From the NCBI RefSeq assembly GCF_001194135.2, contig NC_068981.1:108192410-108244050 (forward strand): a stretch of DNA of 51,641 bases. The letters run 5' to 3'. A program made the position numbers and the translations under genes. This DNA is from Octopus bimaculoides (taxonomy: Eukaryota). Below the pieces are notes generated by a model. That model was not told where the DNA came from. It saw only the letters and a list, made by a program, of their open reading frames with translations, and did not search any database. Shown here piece after piece: positions 34,081-46,481 of this stretch. Each line of letters opens with the position of its first letter. The first letter of the stretch is position 1.

Positions 34081-34390
34081 AGGCGTGTCTCTATGGTAAG
34101 AAGTTTGCTTCCCAACCACATGGTTATAGGTTCAGTTCCGCTGTGCAAGTACCTTGGGCAAGTATCTTCTACTATGGTCTCGGGCCGACCAAAGCTTTGT
34201 GAGTGAACCTGGTAGATGGAAACTGTCCCCGTCACTTAGCAGTTCGGTAAAAGATAATGATAGAATAAGTATCAGGCTTAAAGGTAAAGAAAAAAGATAA
34301 GTACTGGGGTTGATTCATTCGACTAAAAATTTTTAATGCAGTGCCCCAGCATGGCCGCAGTCTAATGACTGAAACAAATAAGATAAAAGA
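34081..34390 (+). mobile_element. CORE-like tRNA-derived SINE family B, internally deleted
   Basis: TGGTAAGAAGTTTGCTTCCCAACCACATGG..GGTTCAGTTCC..CCTTGGGCAAGTATCTTCTACTAT..CGGGCCGACCAAAGC..CAGCATGGCCGCAGTCTAATGACTGAAAC. Confidence 0.85.
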
Positions 34391-34811
34391 TGTCTGTCTC
34401 AAACATTGCGGGGCTCATTCTGGTTGCTTTTTCTTCTTTCTTTTTTTCATTCTTTCTTTTGAAAACTGAAAAACTTGGTTATGATGTAATCGATTGATTA
34501 TCTATTTCTAGAAAACTAGATTTCTAAACTGATGAAGTATGCGATACACAAACTGTATCGACCATATCCTCAGCCATCTACTTATAATGATACTTTGACG
34601 AAAACGCAAAATAATGTTCCTCTTTTCCTCCTATACAGGAAAAATGGATGAGCCAATAATTGCTTACAAACATGAATACATACATACATTCACACACACA
34701 CACACATACACACAGAAATACAGACAAACAGACAGACACACACATACATACATGCATACATACATACATACATACATACATACATACATACATGCATGCA
34801 TGCATGCATGC

Positions 34812-36702
34812 AAGAAACGCTTCAACTTGCTAAAGTTCCAGTGAGAATAGTCAAAGCCATAGCTGAGCTTCATCGTGGGCTACCATCTTGAAATTAAACA
34901 CAAAGAGTGAATGTGTTATCACCGATAGAATGCAGTATCGCACAGGCATATTCCAAGGAAACAGCCTCTTTGTGTTGTTGTTTATACTTTCTGTAAACCC
35001 CTTGTTATTCATGTTAAAGAAGTCTGAAAAATATCTCACTGGTTCACAAGGAAACAGAAATACCAAAATTACACAGTTTATTTGTGGATGACTTGAAACT
35101 TTATGCAAAGAATATGCATGAGATGAAAAAGAGCCTTGACCTAGTTACAACATTCTCAAAAGATGTAGGGTTGGAGTTTGGTCAGGATAAATGTTATCAT
35201 TTGGTTGTGAAAAGAGGGAATACTATAAACCAGACAAGTAACATCTCCATCAATGATTTGACTGTTTCCCCTGTATCTGACGAGGAATGTTACAGGTATC
35301 TAGGGGATAAAAATATCTTACAATGGCACCTATAACAAAACACGTGTCACTAAAGAATATTACAGTCGAATAAAGAAAATTTGGACCTCACAACTCTCTG
35401 CATTCAATAAAACAGTGGCCCACAATGTGTTTGCAGTGCCAGTACTCATACCAACATTTGGGTTGCTTGATTGGATGCATGATGATATCCGAGCCATTGA
35501 TGTGAAAACCCGAAAAATACTAACAAGCAGACATAATTTCCACATAAACAGTGATGTAGACCGCCTCAACCTAAAACGAAAACAAGGCGGAAGAGGCTTA
35601 ACATCGATCCAAAATGCCTTTGAATGTTGCATCATATCCCTTCGGCAACATTTTTTAACCAAGTGTCTAAGTGCATCGCATCCCTTGACCAAGTTTGCAT
35701 GCATGAGGCTGATAACATCATAAGACTTGGAAAGCAGCTCCTTGAGTAACAATTTTTGTTTGATAACCTAGAATACATGCCCAAAGAAGTCGCACGACTC
35801 TACCGCAACGTATCGTCAGATGAAAGGATGAACAGAAGACTATGCCTGGATATGTTACTAGAATAATAGTAACATCGATCATCAAAGCAGTTTATCATGG
35901 ACGAATAGCCGGATTACTACCTCCCACTTTGAAGGGTATGCGTTTGCAATCCAGGAACAGGAAATATCAACCAAGTACCTGATGCACAAAAGGGATAGAG
36001 ATGCAAGTAAAGCCGTAAAGTGTGACAACCGATGCAGACTTTGTGAAGTTCACACTGAAGATATCACCCACATCATAAGCAGTTGTCCAAAAATGTCAAC
36101 ACGGTATTATCTACCGATGAGACATGACGTTGTAGCTAGGACACTCTATACTGAAATCCGTCGGAAGGATAATCCCAAAGACAAAGAAATAAGAACCCAC
36201 GATATGGTAGAAGCCATAGCCACTCATAATAATAAGGAATACTGGTGGAATGTACCAATGAAGACCTCAATAAAATATAATGATTTGGGATGAGAAGAGA
36301 AATTGTGCAAAGTTGTGGAAATTAGCTGCCCAACGGATGTTAACATAAAGCTGAAGATCAGTGAAAAAGAGAACACCTATGCTGAACTATTGAGAAATCT
36401 GCAGTTATTCTATTCAGATTACAAGTTCAGGTTTATACCTGAAATTATTGGCGCCCTGGGATATGTAACACGCTGCCTAAATACCAGTCTTGAGAAATTA
36501 GGCTTCTCAAAACCAGAAAGGAGAAAGCTAATTCGAAGACCACAGATCCAATCCATCACTGGAACTGTAAAAATTTGTTAAAATTTTCCAAAAGTTCATC
36601 ATTTAAATATATATGAGCATATCTAGATATGTAACTATATGCATGAGAATGCATACTTAAAACATACAAATCTGCACATCCATCCATACATACATACATA
36701 CA

Positions 36703-36736
<34 letters not shown>

Positions 36737-36855
36737 CATACAAACAAAAATACCCTGTTGTTGATGTTGAAATTCCAATGAAAGAGCCTTGGATCTAGGT
36801 TAGAAACCGGTCCTTTCTCTATTGGCAAGAAGTCTTGAAATAAACTGAATAATGA
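34812..36855 (+). mobile_element. 5'-truncated RLE-type non-LTR retrotransposon (R4/Dong-like), decayed
   Basis: RT motifs GIFQGNSL, FVDDLKLYAKN, GLEFGQDKC, YRYLG; thumb region ..KQGGRGL; CCHC knuckle CRLC..EDITHIISSC..RHD; RLE-like VVEISCP; 3' UTR with AATAAA (36839). Clade assignment is from motif recall only. Confidence 0.8.
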
Positions 36856-36862
36856 CATACAT

Positions 36863-36895
<33 letters not shown>

Positions 36896-37406
36896 TACAT
36901 ACATACATACATACATACATACATACATACATACATACATACATACATACATACAAATAGCTACAACTTGATTTGAGTAATGCTATCGCTTGATTGTTCT
37001 CTTAAAACATTAGCAGCAGTAATGTAGCTTTTAAGTTTTCCTAGGGATCTATACTCATCTGCACAGATGTGACAACGATGAGTGTCTTTTGCGGCAGATG
37101 TTCAGAAAGCTTGCCACCTACGCTGACACATGCCTTTATTCTATCATTGAGTTTTTTTTTTTTTTCATTTTTTATTTACTTAATTTTTTTAGTGTTTTGT
37201 CTTTCCCGCCTACGGCCAGCCATGGTACACAACACGTGACAGAAATCTATCAAAGACTGTGCTGCGTCTGAAGCTTCTTAAAATGAAGAACGGTTTTGAA
37301 CAGGGCCAACCTCACTCTCTAAACAACATGAATTTGGCCAAAAAGAAAAACATTGGATGCAAAGGTAGTTGCGGCAGAGAGGTGTCTAAACAAAGACTAG
37401 GGCTTC

Positions 37407-37445
37407 TTGCAAACAACGCACAAAGAAACTAGAAAAGCACTCGGA
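37407..37445 (+). mobile_element. Isolated 5' end of the HINE-like element
   Basis: AAACTAGAAAAGCACTCGGAGAGCGCAGACCTCCGCCAA is identical to 30739-30777. Confidence 0.75.
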
Positions 37446-37499
37446 GAGCGCAGACCTCCGCCAAACCAGCAGGAGCAGCACTACGACAACGACGACGAC

Positions 37500-40400
37500 G
37501 ACGCCTGGTGTTGACTCGGAGATGATAACATCACTCGGCAGCATCCAGACCGACCAAGCAGCCTTATCTAGGGAGAGTACTGCTTGCTCCACATGGAGAA
37601 GGGGCTTAGAAAAGGTGGTCTAAAGAAAGCTTGTCTCCTACACACCCAGTTGGCAACCGTGGTCATCGGGCATCGAATACGCACAAATACAAAAAAAAAA
37701 AAAAAAGAAAAGAAAAGACTCCAAAACACCCTTCAAATGTTGCCAAATATCTGAAGATCGCATGTTGGAACGTCAGAACCATTCTTGATTCAGGCGACAG
37801 AGATCGCCCAGAACACCGATCCGCTCTCATTGCACATGAACGGTCTAGGCTAGAAATTGATATTGCAGCCTTTGGTGAAGTCCGGCTCCAAGAAAGGCAG
37901 CTTGAAAGAACATGGTGCCGGATACTCCCTATATTGGTCAGGCAAACCCCTAACAGAAAGACGCCGTTCAGGTGTCGGTTTCATAAGAAACTCCATTGCT
38001 TCAATGCTGGAAACGCTACCAGTCGGTCATTCTGACCGCATCCTCTCCATGCACCTCCCTCTGGAAAACAAGCGACATGTCACGATCTTCAGTGTTTACT
38101 CTCCTACCCTCCAAGCAGACTCAGCAGACAAGAACAAGTTCTACTCAGACCTGCGCAGACTCCTCCAGGGAACACCCGTCGATGATAAAGACATAATCCT
38201 AGGAGATTTCAACGCCAGAGTGGGCCGAGATTCAGAAACTTGGAAAGGAGTCCTCGAAAAGCATGGGGTTTGGAACTGCAACAACGGGCGACTCTTGCTT
38301 GAGCTTTGCACCGAACAGTAGCTCGTCCTCACCAATACCATCTTCCAGCAAAGAGAGAGTTTGAAAACAACATGGATGCATTCCCGATCAAAATACTGGA
38401 CTACGTCCTAGTGCGCCAACGAGACCGGTCTGACATCATGCACATAAGAGTGATGCCTAGTGCAGAATACCATACGGACCATCGCCTGGTCCGTTGCAAA
38501 CTCAAACACCACTTCAAGCCCAAACCAACAAAAAAGACAGGACCGGCCAACAACAAGATAATCAAAACTAGCAATCTGCAGATAAATGAAGTGAAAACTT
38601 CCAGGCAGAACTACAGACAAAGCTTAATAAATCCAGTTGCCCCTCAGATCCCTCTCCAGAAATCCTATGGGAACAACTGAAAACCACCATCCTACAGACC
38701 TCTGCAGAAATCCTTTGGTTTACAAAGAAAAAGAACAAGGATTAGTTTGACAAAATCGATGTGCTGATCCAGGAATTATTAAAAAAGAGGTCTGTCCACC
38801 AAGCACACCGACCTACCTAGAGAAGAAAGCGGCCTTTCGCCAAGCCTGCAGCTTTCTGCAGCGCAAACACCGTGAAGTTCAGAATGAGTGGTGAACCAAC
38901 CTCGCACGGAAAATCCAGCTGCGCGCTGACTCTGGCGATTACAGGGGGTTCTGTGAAGCTCTCAAAGCAGTCTACGGCCCAACTCATCAAGTCCGAAGTC
39001 TCATGCGCAGCTCAGATGGCCAGGCGCTTCTCACAGACACAGCATCTATCCTCAACCGCTGGTCTGAATACTTTCAGGCCCCTTTCAGTGCAAACCGAAG
39101 GAAAATGCAATCCTCCACATCCAACAGCAACCAGTCAGCAGTTAGATGAGCCTCCAACGCTGGAAGAGACCACAGTTGCCATAGGCTGGCTGAAGAGCAG
39201 AAAGGCAGCAGGAGTCGATAGCATGCTATCAGAGATATGGAAGCATGGGGGTCCTGTCATACATGCTAAATTCCATGAGCTCCTCGTTGCATGCTGGGAA
39301 CAAGGCAAGCTGCCACAAAATCTCCGCAATGCTGTCATCATTACACTACACAAAAACAAAGGGGAAAAGTCAGACTGCTCAAACTACCGGGGGATCACCC
39401 TACTTTCCACTTCAGGAAAAGTTCTAGTAAGACTACTCCTCATCAGACTTGTTCTGTCCATTGCCGAAAATCATCTTCCAGAAAGCCAATGTGGTTTCAG
39501 AGCCAATAGGAGCACAACAGATATGGTTTTTATTCTTAGGTAGCTCCAGGAAAAGTGCCGGGAGCAAAACAAACCACTTTATGTTACATTTGTCAATCTG
39601 ACGAAAGCGTTCGACACTGTGAGCAGGAAAGGTCTGTGACAGATCCTAAACGGACTTGACTGTCCCCCAAAATTCCTAACCATGATCATCAGGCTTCACG
39701 ATGAATAGCGACATATCAGAGCCATCCCCCATCAACAACGGCGTGAAGTAGGGCTGTGTCCTTGCATCAACTTTCTTCAGCATCTTCTTCAGCATGATGC
39801 TCAAGCAGGCCACTGCAGACCTCGACGCTGAAGACGGCGGCTACATCAGATACCGTCTGAACGGCAGTCTTTTCAATCTCCGGCGCCTACTGACCCACCC
39901 CAACACTCAAGAGCAAGTGATCCAGAACTCCTCTTTGCAGATGATGTCGCATTTGTTGCACACACAGAAAAAACCCTGCAGTGCATCACATCCTGCTTTG
40001 CAGAGGCCGCCCAGCTCTTCGGACTGGAAGTAAGCTTGAAAAAGACTGAAGTCCTACATCAACCAGCTCCTCTGGAAGAGTACTAGATGCTTCCACATCA
40101 CCATTGCCGAAACAAAACTGAAGTCGGTGCAGCAGTTCACTTATCTTGGATAAACCATTTCATCAGATGCAAGTATCAACAAAGAAATTGATAACAGACT
40201 TGTAAAGGCAAACAAAGCATTGGACAGACTGCACAAGCGTGTGTGGAATAAATAGCATCTTAAGATCAGCACAAAAGTCAGAGTCTACAGGGCCATCGTC
40301 CTCACGACGCTCCTATATGGCCCTGAGTCCTGGGTCCCCTACCACTGTCGTCTCAGACTCCTTGAATGTGTTTACCAACGCTGCCTTCTTACCATCCTCA

Positions 40401-41135
40401 ACATCTACTAGAGCGACTACATTATCAACACTGAGGTCCTCAAGCGAGCAAAGGTCACCAGCCTGGAAGCCATTTTACTTGAGACACGACTACGTTGGGC
40501 GGGACGCATTGACAGGATAAAAGACCACCGCCTGCCCAAGATCATCATGNNNNNNNNNNNNNNNNNNNNNNNNNNNNNNNNNNNNNNNNNNNNNNNNNNG
40601 CTGCCTTCTTACCATCCTCAACATCTACTAGAGCGACTACATTATCAACACTGAGGTCCTCAAGCGAGCAAAGGTCACCAGCCTGGAAGCCATTTTACTT
40701 GAGACACGACTACGTTGGGCGGGACGCATTGACAGGATAAAAGACCACCGCCTGCCCAAGATCATCATGTACGGTGAGCTCACCTCTGGCCAACGCAACA
40801 GTGGGGTACCAAAGAAGTGTTACAAGGACTGCCTGAAACAGTCCCTTGGCGTTTGTGACATTGATTATTGTGAGTGTTGACCGTGCTGCTTGGCACCATA
40901 CCATCAGCGATGCTGTTTCCTCTTTTGAGCTCTCTCTCGCAGTGCCTCTCTTGAAGACAAACGTCAGAGGCGAAAAAATAATGCAGCTGCATCATCAGAC
41001 ACTGGACAATCATACCTCTCTCATCATTGCAATCGGATATGTCGATTCCACATCGATCTTATCAGCCACGAACGAGCGTGCAGACGACGTGGACAACAGC
41101 CTTCCTGATCTTCGTCAACGTAGCCAAGCCAAGGA
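37500..41135 (+). mobile_element. Near full-length RTE-clade LINE, inactivated by stops and frameshifts
   Basis: APE motifs IACWNVRT, YWSG, SVYSPT, IILGDFNARVG; RT motifs KAAGVD, HKNKGEKSDCSNYRGITLLS, ESQCGFRANRSTTDMVF, KAFDTV, GVK.GCVL, LFADDV; RTE-like 3' end ..CAACGTAGCCAAGCCA. The 5' boundary is approximate. Confidence 0.92.
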
Positions 41136-41223
41136 GAAGATGTATGAGAGCAATACATACCATCAAAATGACAGTGTGGTAAAATATACGAAGCCCAGTA
41201 TACCTATCATGACTACCCGTCTG

Positions 41224-41335
41224 ATGTATGTATGTATGTATGTATGTATGTATGTATGTATGTACGTATGTATGTATATATGTTAGAGTGTGTGTGTATG
41301 TATGTATGTACGTACGTATGTATGCATGTATATGC
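41224..41335. repeat. (TATG)n/(TG)n microsatellite
   Basis: Direct sequence. Confidence 0.9.
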
Positions 41336-42267
41336 ATAAATACACACGAATCTGTGTGTGTTGGTAGGCGCGTGCATTCCTGTATGTTTGTATAAAAATA
41401 TAGATTGACTAGTTCCAAATTAAATAATATAATAATATGTTAAGGAAGTATTACTATAAACACTTGAAATGCTGAGTGGTTGATAAACAAAATTCAGAAA
41501 GTTCAATGCACTTCGAGTCAAGTTTAGTTAGGGAAAAAAATAGAGAAAGAGTTAATGGTCGAGTTCAATAGTAGAGAAAACACCAACAGAAATATGTGTA
41601 CGTCGTACAGAAAAATAGGCCCAGTAAATACGAACAGAATTCTATAGAATCTTCGTTACATTCCGTTTTGTAAGCTACTATTTCTGTAATGTCAAGTCTT
41701 GTTGAAAGGAATGCGTTATTTTTCTTTGTTACAAATGCAATATATTCTAGCTATCTATCAACAGGAAAGCTACATGATAACAGCTAAAAAAGACGATGGT
41801 CTGACTCTCTTCTGTATCACTGCTATGTTTTTCTGGCCAGCTCAGTCTATTTGAACACTGTACTCCAACTAATCTTGTCGGGATTTTCTTTGTGCTTTTA
41901 CTTTGTTGTTGCTAATAATGGGGAATCTGACGTCATTTGCGAAGTGTAACTAATGAAAACAACGTCTTAGTTACAGTTTTTGTTGTTACCATACCGACAA
42001 ATTACATTTATCGACGATACAAAGAATAAGAGATTACTGATTGGATGTTGGACAAAAGAGAGAATGAAGTCCTTCAAACTCCCAGAAGGAATATTTTATA
42101 CATTTTCCTAGATTAGATCTTTTTGTGGATTCTATATCGTTTATGTTCATAGGAAGCCAATATCTTGATGACTTTTGGAGTAACTGTTAATCATATATTC
42201 AATGGCTTCTACAGATATGTGATATAACCATTTATTTTCACTCGTATCTTTGATGTTTAAGAGCCCT

Positions 42268-42331
<64 letters not shown>

Positions 42332-42410
42332 TCCTCTTTGCTTCACGCTCTCTCTCTCTCTCTCTTCCTCCTCTTTCTTTCCCGCTCTCTCTCTCCCTCT
42401 CTCTCTACCT
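42268..42410. repeat. (CT)n microsatellite and pyrimidine tract
   Basis: Direct sequence. Confidence 0.9.
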
Positions 42411-42636
42411 CTATTAGTGAACTGTAGAACTTTTTAGAATTTGTAGAATTTTTCGTTGTATGTATAGGGGTGGGGGTGAAGAAAGAAGAAGTATATATCC
42501 TCGAGATATGAATCAAATAATCCCTATATAAATAACAATGTTTAATGGAGAAAGTGCACACCATTAAAAATAGATCAAGAAACGAATATTGAAGCCAATC
42601 ATATTAACATTTCTCGGACTCATAACTATTACATTA

Positions 42637-44860
42637 CACTGGTCTACAAGGTTTTTGGTGTTTTGGAAATAGACATCATTCCTATACAAAATCGGTCTCC
42701 TGAATCCGAATATAACCTTTTTGACCTATCAGATCTAGTTTTTAAGTTATTGAACATCCCTATAGTCACTATGTATAGGTGTACGTCCAGTACGCAGTGC
42801 TTGTTACCTTATTCTAATTCTAAGTTTTTTCCTTTTTCCATATCTTTTAGATGTTGTAGTGAACTAAGCAATAGAAAATGAGCAAGATGTCCTCTTCAAG
42901 AAAGGGTTGCGTTAATTCTCCAAATGTGTTTTGTTATGTTTGTGGAGAATACACATTACCTGAAAATCGAAAAAACATCACTGAATTTGTTGAAAGAGCG
43001 TATATGGCATATTTTGGGGTCATACTGGGAGACCAAGATAAACATTGGGCACCGTATAGTGTATGAGGTTTGTTATACCAATGGTATAGTGAGAGCCCTA
43101 TAATCATGTGGACGACTGCTATTTTTGTAACCTAAATTTGAAGGGTATTAACTGGAAAAACTGACAAACACTTGTCTATCCTAATCTTGCCTTTGCTATT
43201 AGACCGGTTCCACACAGTGAAGAGCTTTCTGTTCCTGTCTTCAATGTCTTGCCTCAGATAACTTTACCCTCAACCAAGGAAGATTTATCACCTGAAGAAG
43301 ACACTAGAGATCAAGACTTTTCAGTTGAGACTTTACCTCAGCTATTCTCCCAGGTAGAGCTGAATGATTTAGTTCATGGCTTGAACCTCCCAAAAAATTC
43401 TGCAGAACTGTTGGCTTCTCGTCTGAAAGAGAAGAATCTTCTAGAGAATGGTGTCCGTATAACCTTTTATCAGAGTCGGCATGAAGAGTTCCTTTCTTCA
43501 CAAAAGAGGAAGAGCTGGTTTACTGCAGAGATGTCAGTGGACTTCTTAATAAACTTGGCATTGAGGAGTACAAAGCAGAGGAATGTCGTCTTTTCATAGA
43601 CAACTCTAAGCATAGTTTAAAATGTGTATTGTTCCACAACAGAAATGTGTATGGCTCTGTTTCACTTGGCCACTCAACAACTCCGAAGGAAAAATATGTA
43701 GGAATTAAGCTGGTTTTAGAGAAGATACTGTATCATGACCATAAATGGGTCATCTCCATAAGACTAAAAGATGGTGAATTTTCTCATGGGACAGCAAGAT
43801 CATTTTCCCCGCTTTGCATATCAAACTTGGATTGATCAAACAATTCGTCAAAGCTCTTGACAAAAATGGGAAGTGCTTCAAGTATATCTGCAGTGTATTT
43901 CCAGACTTGACAATTGAAAACCTTAAAGCAGGAAATTTTGATGGACCACAGATCCGTAAGCTCTTGAAGGACACAAATTTCGTGAAAGCATTAAGTGAAA
44001 ATGAAGCATCAGCTCAGCTAGCCTTTGCAGAAGTAATGCAAAATTTCCTTGCGAAACACAAAAGTGAAAACTATAAAGACTTTGTTACCAACTGGATATC
44101 AACTTTTCATGATATTGGCGTGAATATGAGCATCAAAATGCATTATTCTTTTAGTAATCTTAATTGTTTTCCTGAAAATCTCGGAGATGTTAGTGATGAA
44201 CAAGGTGAACAATTCCATCAGGACATCAAAGAGATGGAAACTTAGTACCAAGGATGGAAACTTGAGACGCTGTGATGACAGCAGACTATTGCTGGTGTTT
44301 AAAATGAGACACTCCTGTTGCTCAACATTCACGGTGCACAAAGAAGCGCAAATTCATTCCTTGAATTTTCTGCCAAAAATCTTAACCAATGTGCATTTTC
44401 AGTTTTTAATTTTTATTTGTATTTCATTTTTTTTTTAGTTACACTCTATTGATTCATACTATATGCCTTTTGCATGAATAAAATACTCTATCAGGTTTAG
44501 TCAGAAAACTAGACCTGATAGAGTAAGTATTTTATTCATACAAAAGGCATATAGTATGCCTTTTGTATATAGTATGAATCAACAAAGAGAGTGTAACACA
44601 AAACAAAACAAAATACAAATAAAAATTCAAAATTGAAAATGCACTCGTTGAAATATTCAGGGCACCAGACAAAAACAATTTTTTTGTTGCCCAGTGTTAT
44701 ATGCCTCTTGTATGAATAAAATACTCTATCAGGTCTAGTCAGAAAACTAGACCTGGTAGAGAAAAACTGAAGTTAATTTTGAATTTAACGAGCAAAATCA
44801 CTTAGGAATTTATTGAAATATTCCAGGCACCAGACAGAAAAATTTTTTGGTTGCCCAGTG
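42637..44860 (+). mobile_element. Chapaev3 (CMC superfamily) DNA transposon, decayed transposase, rearranged 3' end
   Basis: Peptides CVNSPNVFCYVCGEY..YFGVILGDQDKHWAP, LHIKLGLIKQFVKAL, FDGPQIRKL, GDVSDEQGEQFHQDIKEME; termini TTA|CACTGG (42637) and CCAGTG|TTA (44860, also 44696), matching the CAC..GTG ends and TWA TSD known for Chapaev3. Confidence 0.85.
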
Positions 44861-45080
44861 TTATTTCACTCAAAAGAATTTTATGCTTTTGCAATCCAAA
44901 ACCAAGATAGGGCTGTATTTCTACTGGTGTACTGGTTTTATCCTTAAAGTATTATTTCTTGAAGTGCCTCTAGATACCAGGAGTTTACCATCAAATATAC
45001 TCGTTATGTTATTTTTGGCATAATCTCAAATAGAATACCCACATATCTATTAATCCCCAAAACTGAATTATTATATATAT

Positions 45081-45112
<32 letters not shown>

Positions 45113-45179
45113 NNNNNNNNNNNNNNNNNNNNNNNNNNNNNNNNNNNNNNNNNNNNNNNNNNNNNNNNNNNNNNNNNNN

Positions 45180-45224
<45 letters not shown>

Positions 45225-46481
45225 AAAGCCTTTAAACAAAGCTACGACTGAAAATGTCATGTATCTGTGGAACCCATTCCATATATGATCAACAGCTGCC
45301 CAAAAATGTCAACATATTGGCCTCCTATTTCAACATAAATGACATAGAATGCCATCCATAGGAGATGTAATCTAAGATGTAATATATAAAATATTCTCTC
45401 TTGGGAGTTCGTTCTCTCATTCGTCTCTTATTTTTTATATTCCAGTATAAATAATCTCTTATCCTTTATATTCCAGTATAAGGAATGAGAGACAACTATG
45501 AAATAGATGTTGAATAAAAAACAGACTGAAGCCTTTAAGGCCCAAAGATAAGATAAAAAAGATATTGATTATGTCACATTTCTGTGGAAGATGTTATGTA
45601 AATGATCAGCTACTCCATGTATGTTCCAAAGGTATTATCTTCTAATACGGCAGGATATTGTTTCTAAAAGCAATATACAATGCTATTCATAGAAAAGTTT
45701 CTTTAGGATATTTAAAAAAATGATACTGAGTGCACATAAATCTCATCCAAAGAAAGTGAAACCTACAACTTCTCAATTCAGGTTATATTATTTAAGTTAA
45801 TGCTCATATTTTTAATGGTGTGATTTAGTGTTGATAGATAAAGCTGGTTTGAATTCCAATATACGTGTGCATGTAGATAAAGGAAAAAACAGAAAAACCA
45901 GGAGATTAAAATGCAACAGTTTATTCAACCCATTAAAGAACATTAACATGGCAAAGCTGTTGAGATACGTCTTGAAAGAATGGTCAGAATATATACACAG
46001 TGGTTTCACATGCAGTTGGTATATAATGATGGTGTATACAATGTAGAATAGGAAAACAAATGGAGGACAGGTATAAACGTACATGTCAAAGAATACAGGA
46101 GGCCACATGCAAAATAAATTTGTTCTCCACCACAGATCTGAACTTGAATGTGTAAATCCACTTCACTGAAAGAATTTCAAGAAAGGATTCCTTCTATAGA
46201 TAAGGGTAAGCTCTCAGTGCTTGGCTGGTCTGTCATGTAATGAGATGAGAGCCAGAATGGTTTAACTGATGTATAACCATGTCATGTGACCACTTGCAGA
46301 AAACAGGCACACTGTGAACATACTTCTGCTACATATTCATTAATGTTATTCACAATATCAGTAAGTCATCGAGTAATTAACTCGAAAACTGAAGGCTTGA
46401 GATAAAGAAAGCGATCATCTAACTTAGTAAGTTCAGTCACTATGGAGGGCTTTGAAAATATCCAAGAGCTTTCTACAATTC

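Noticed and set aside
40380-40769. Exact 170-bp direct duplication (40380-40549 = 40600-40769) inside the RTE
   Set aside because: The copies are identical and separated only by 50 Ns: unmerged overlapping contig ends, an assembly artefact.
45828-46230. ORF-like purine-rich stretch (72-aa ORF and a stop-interrupted alternative frame)
   Set aside because: No recognisable motif or convincing splice pair; may be a decayed TE but cannot be supported.
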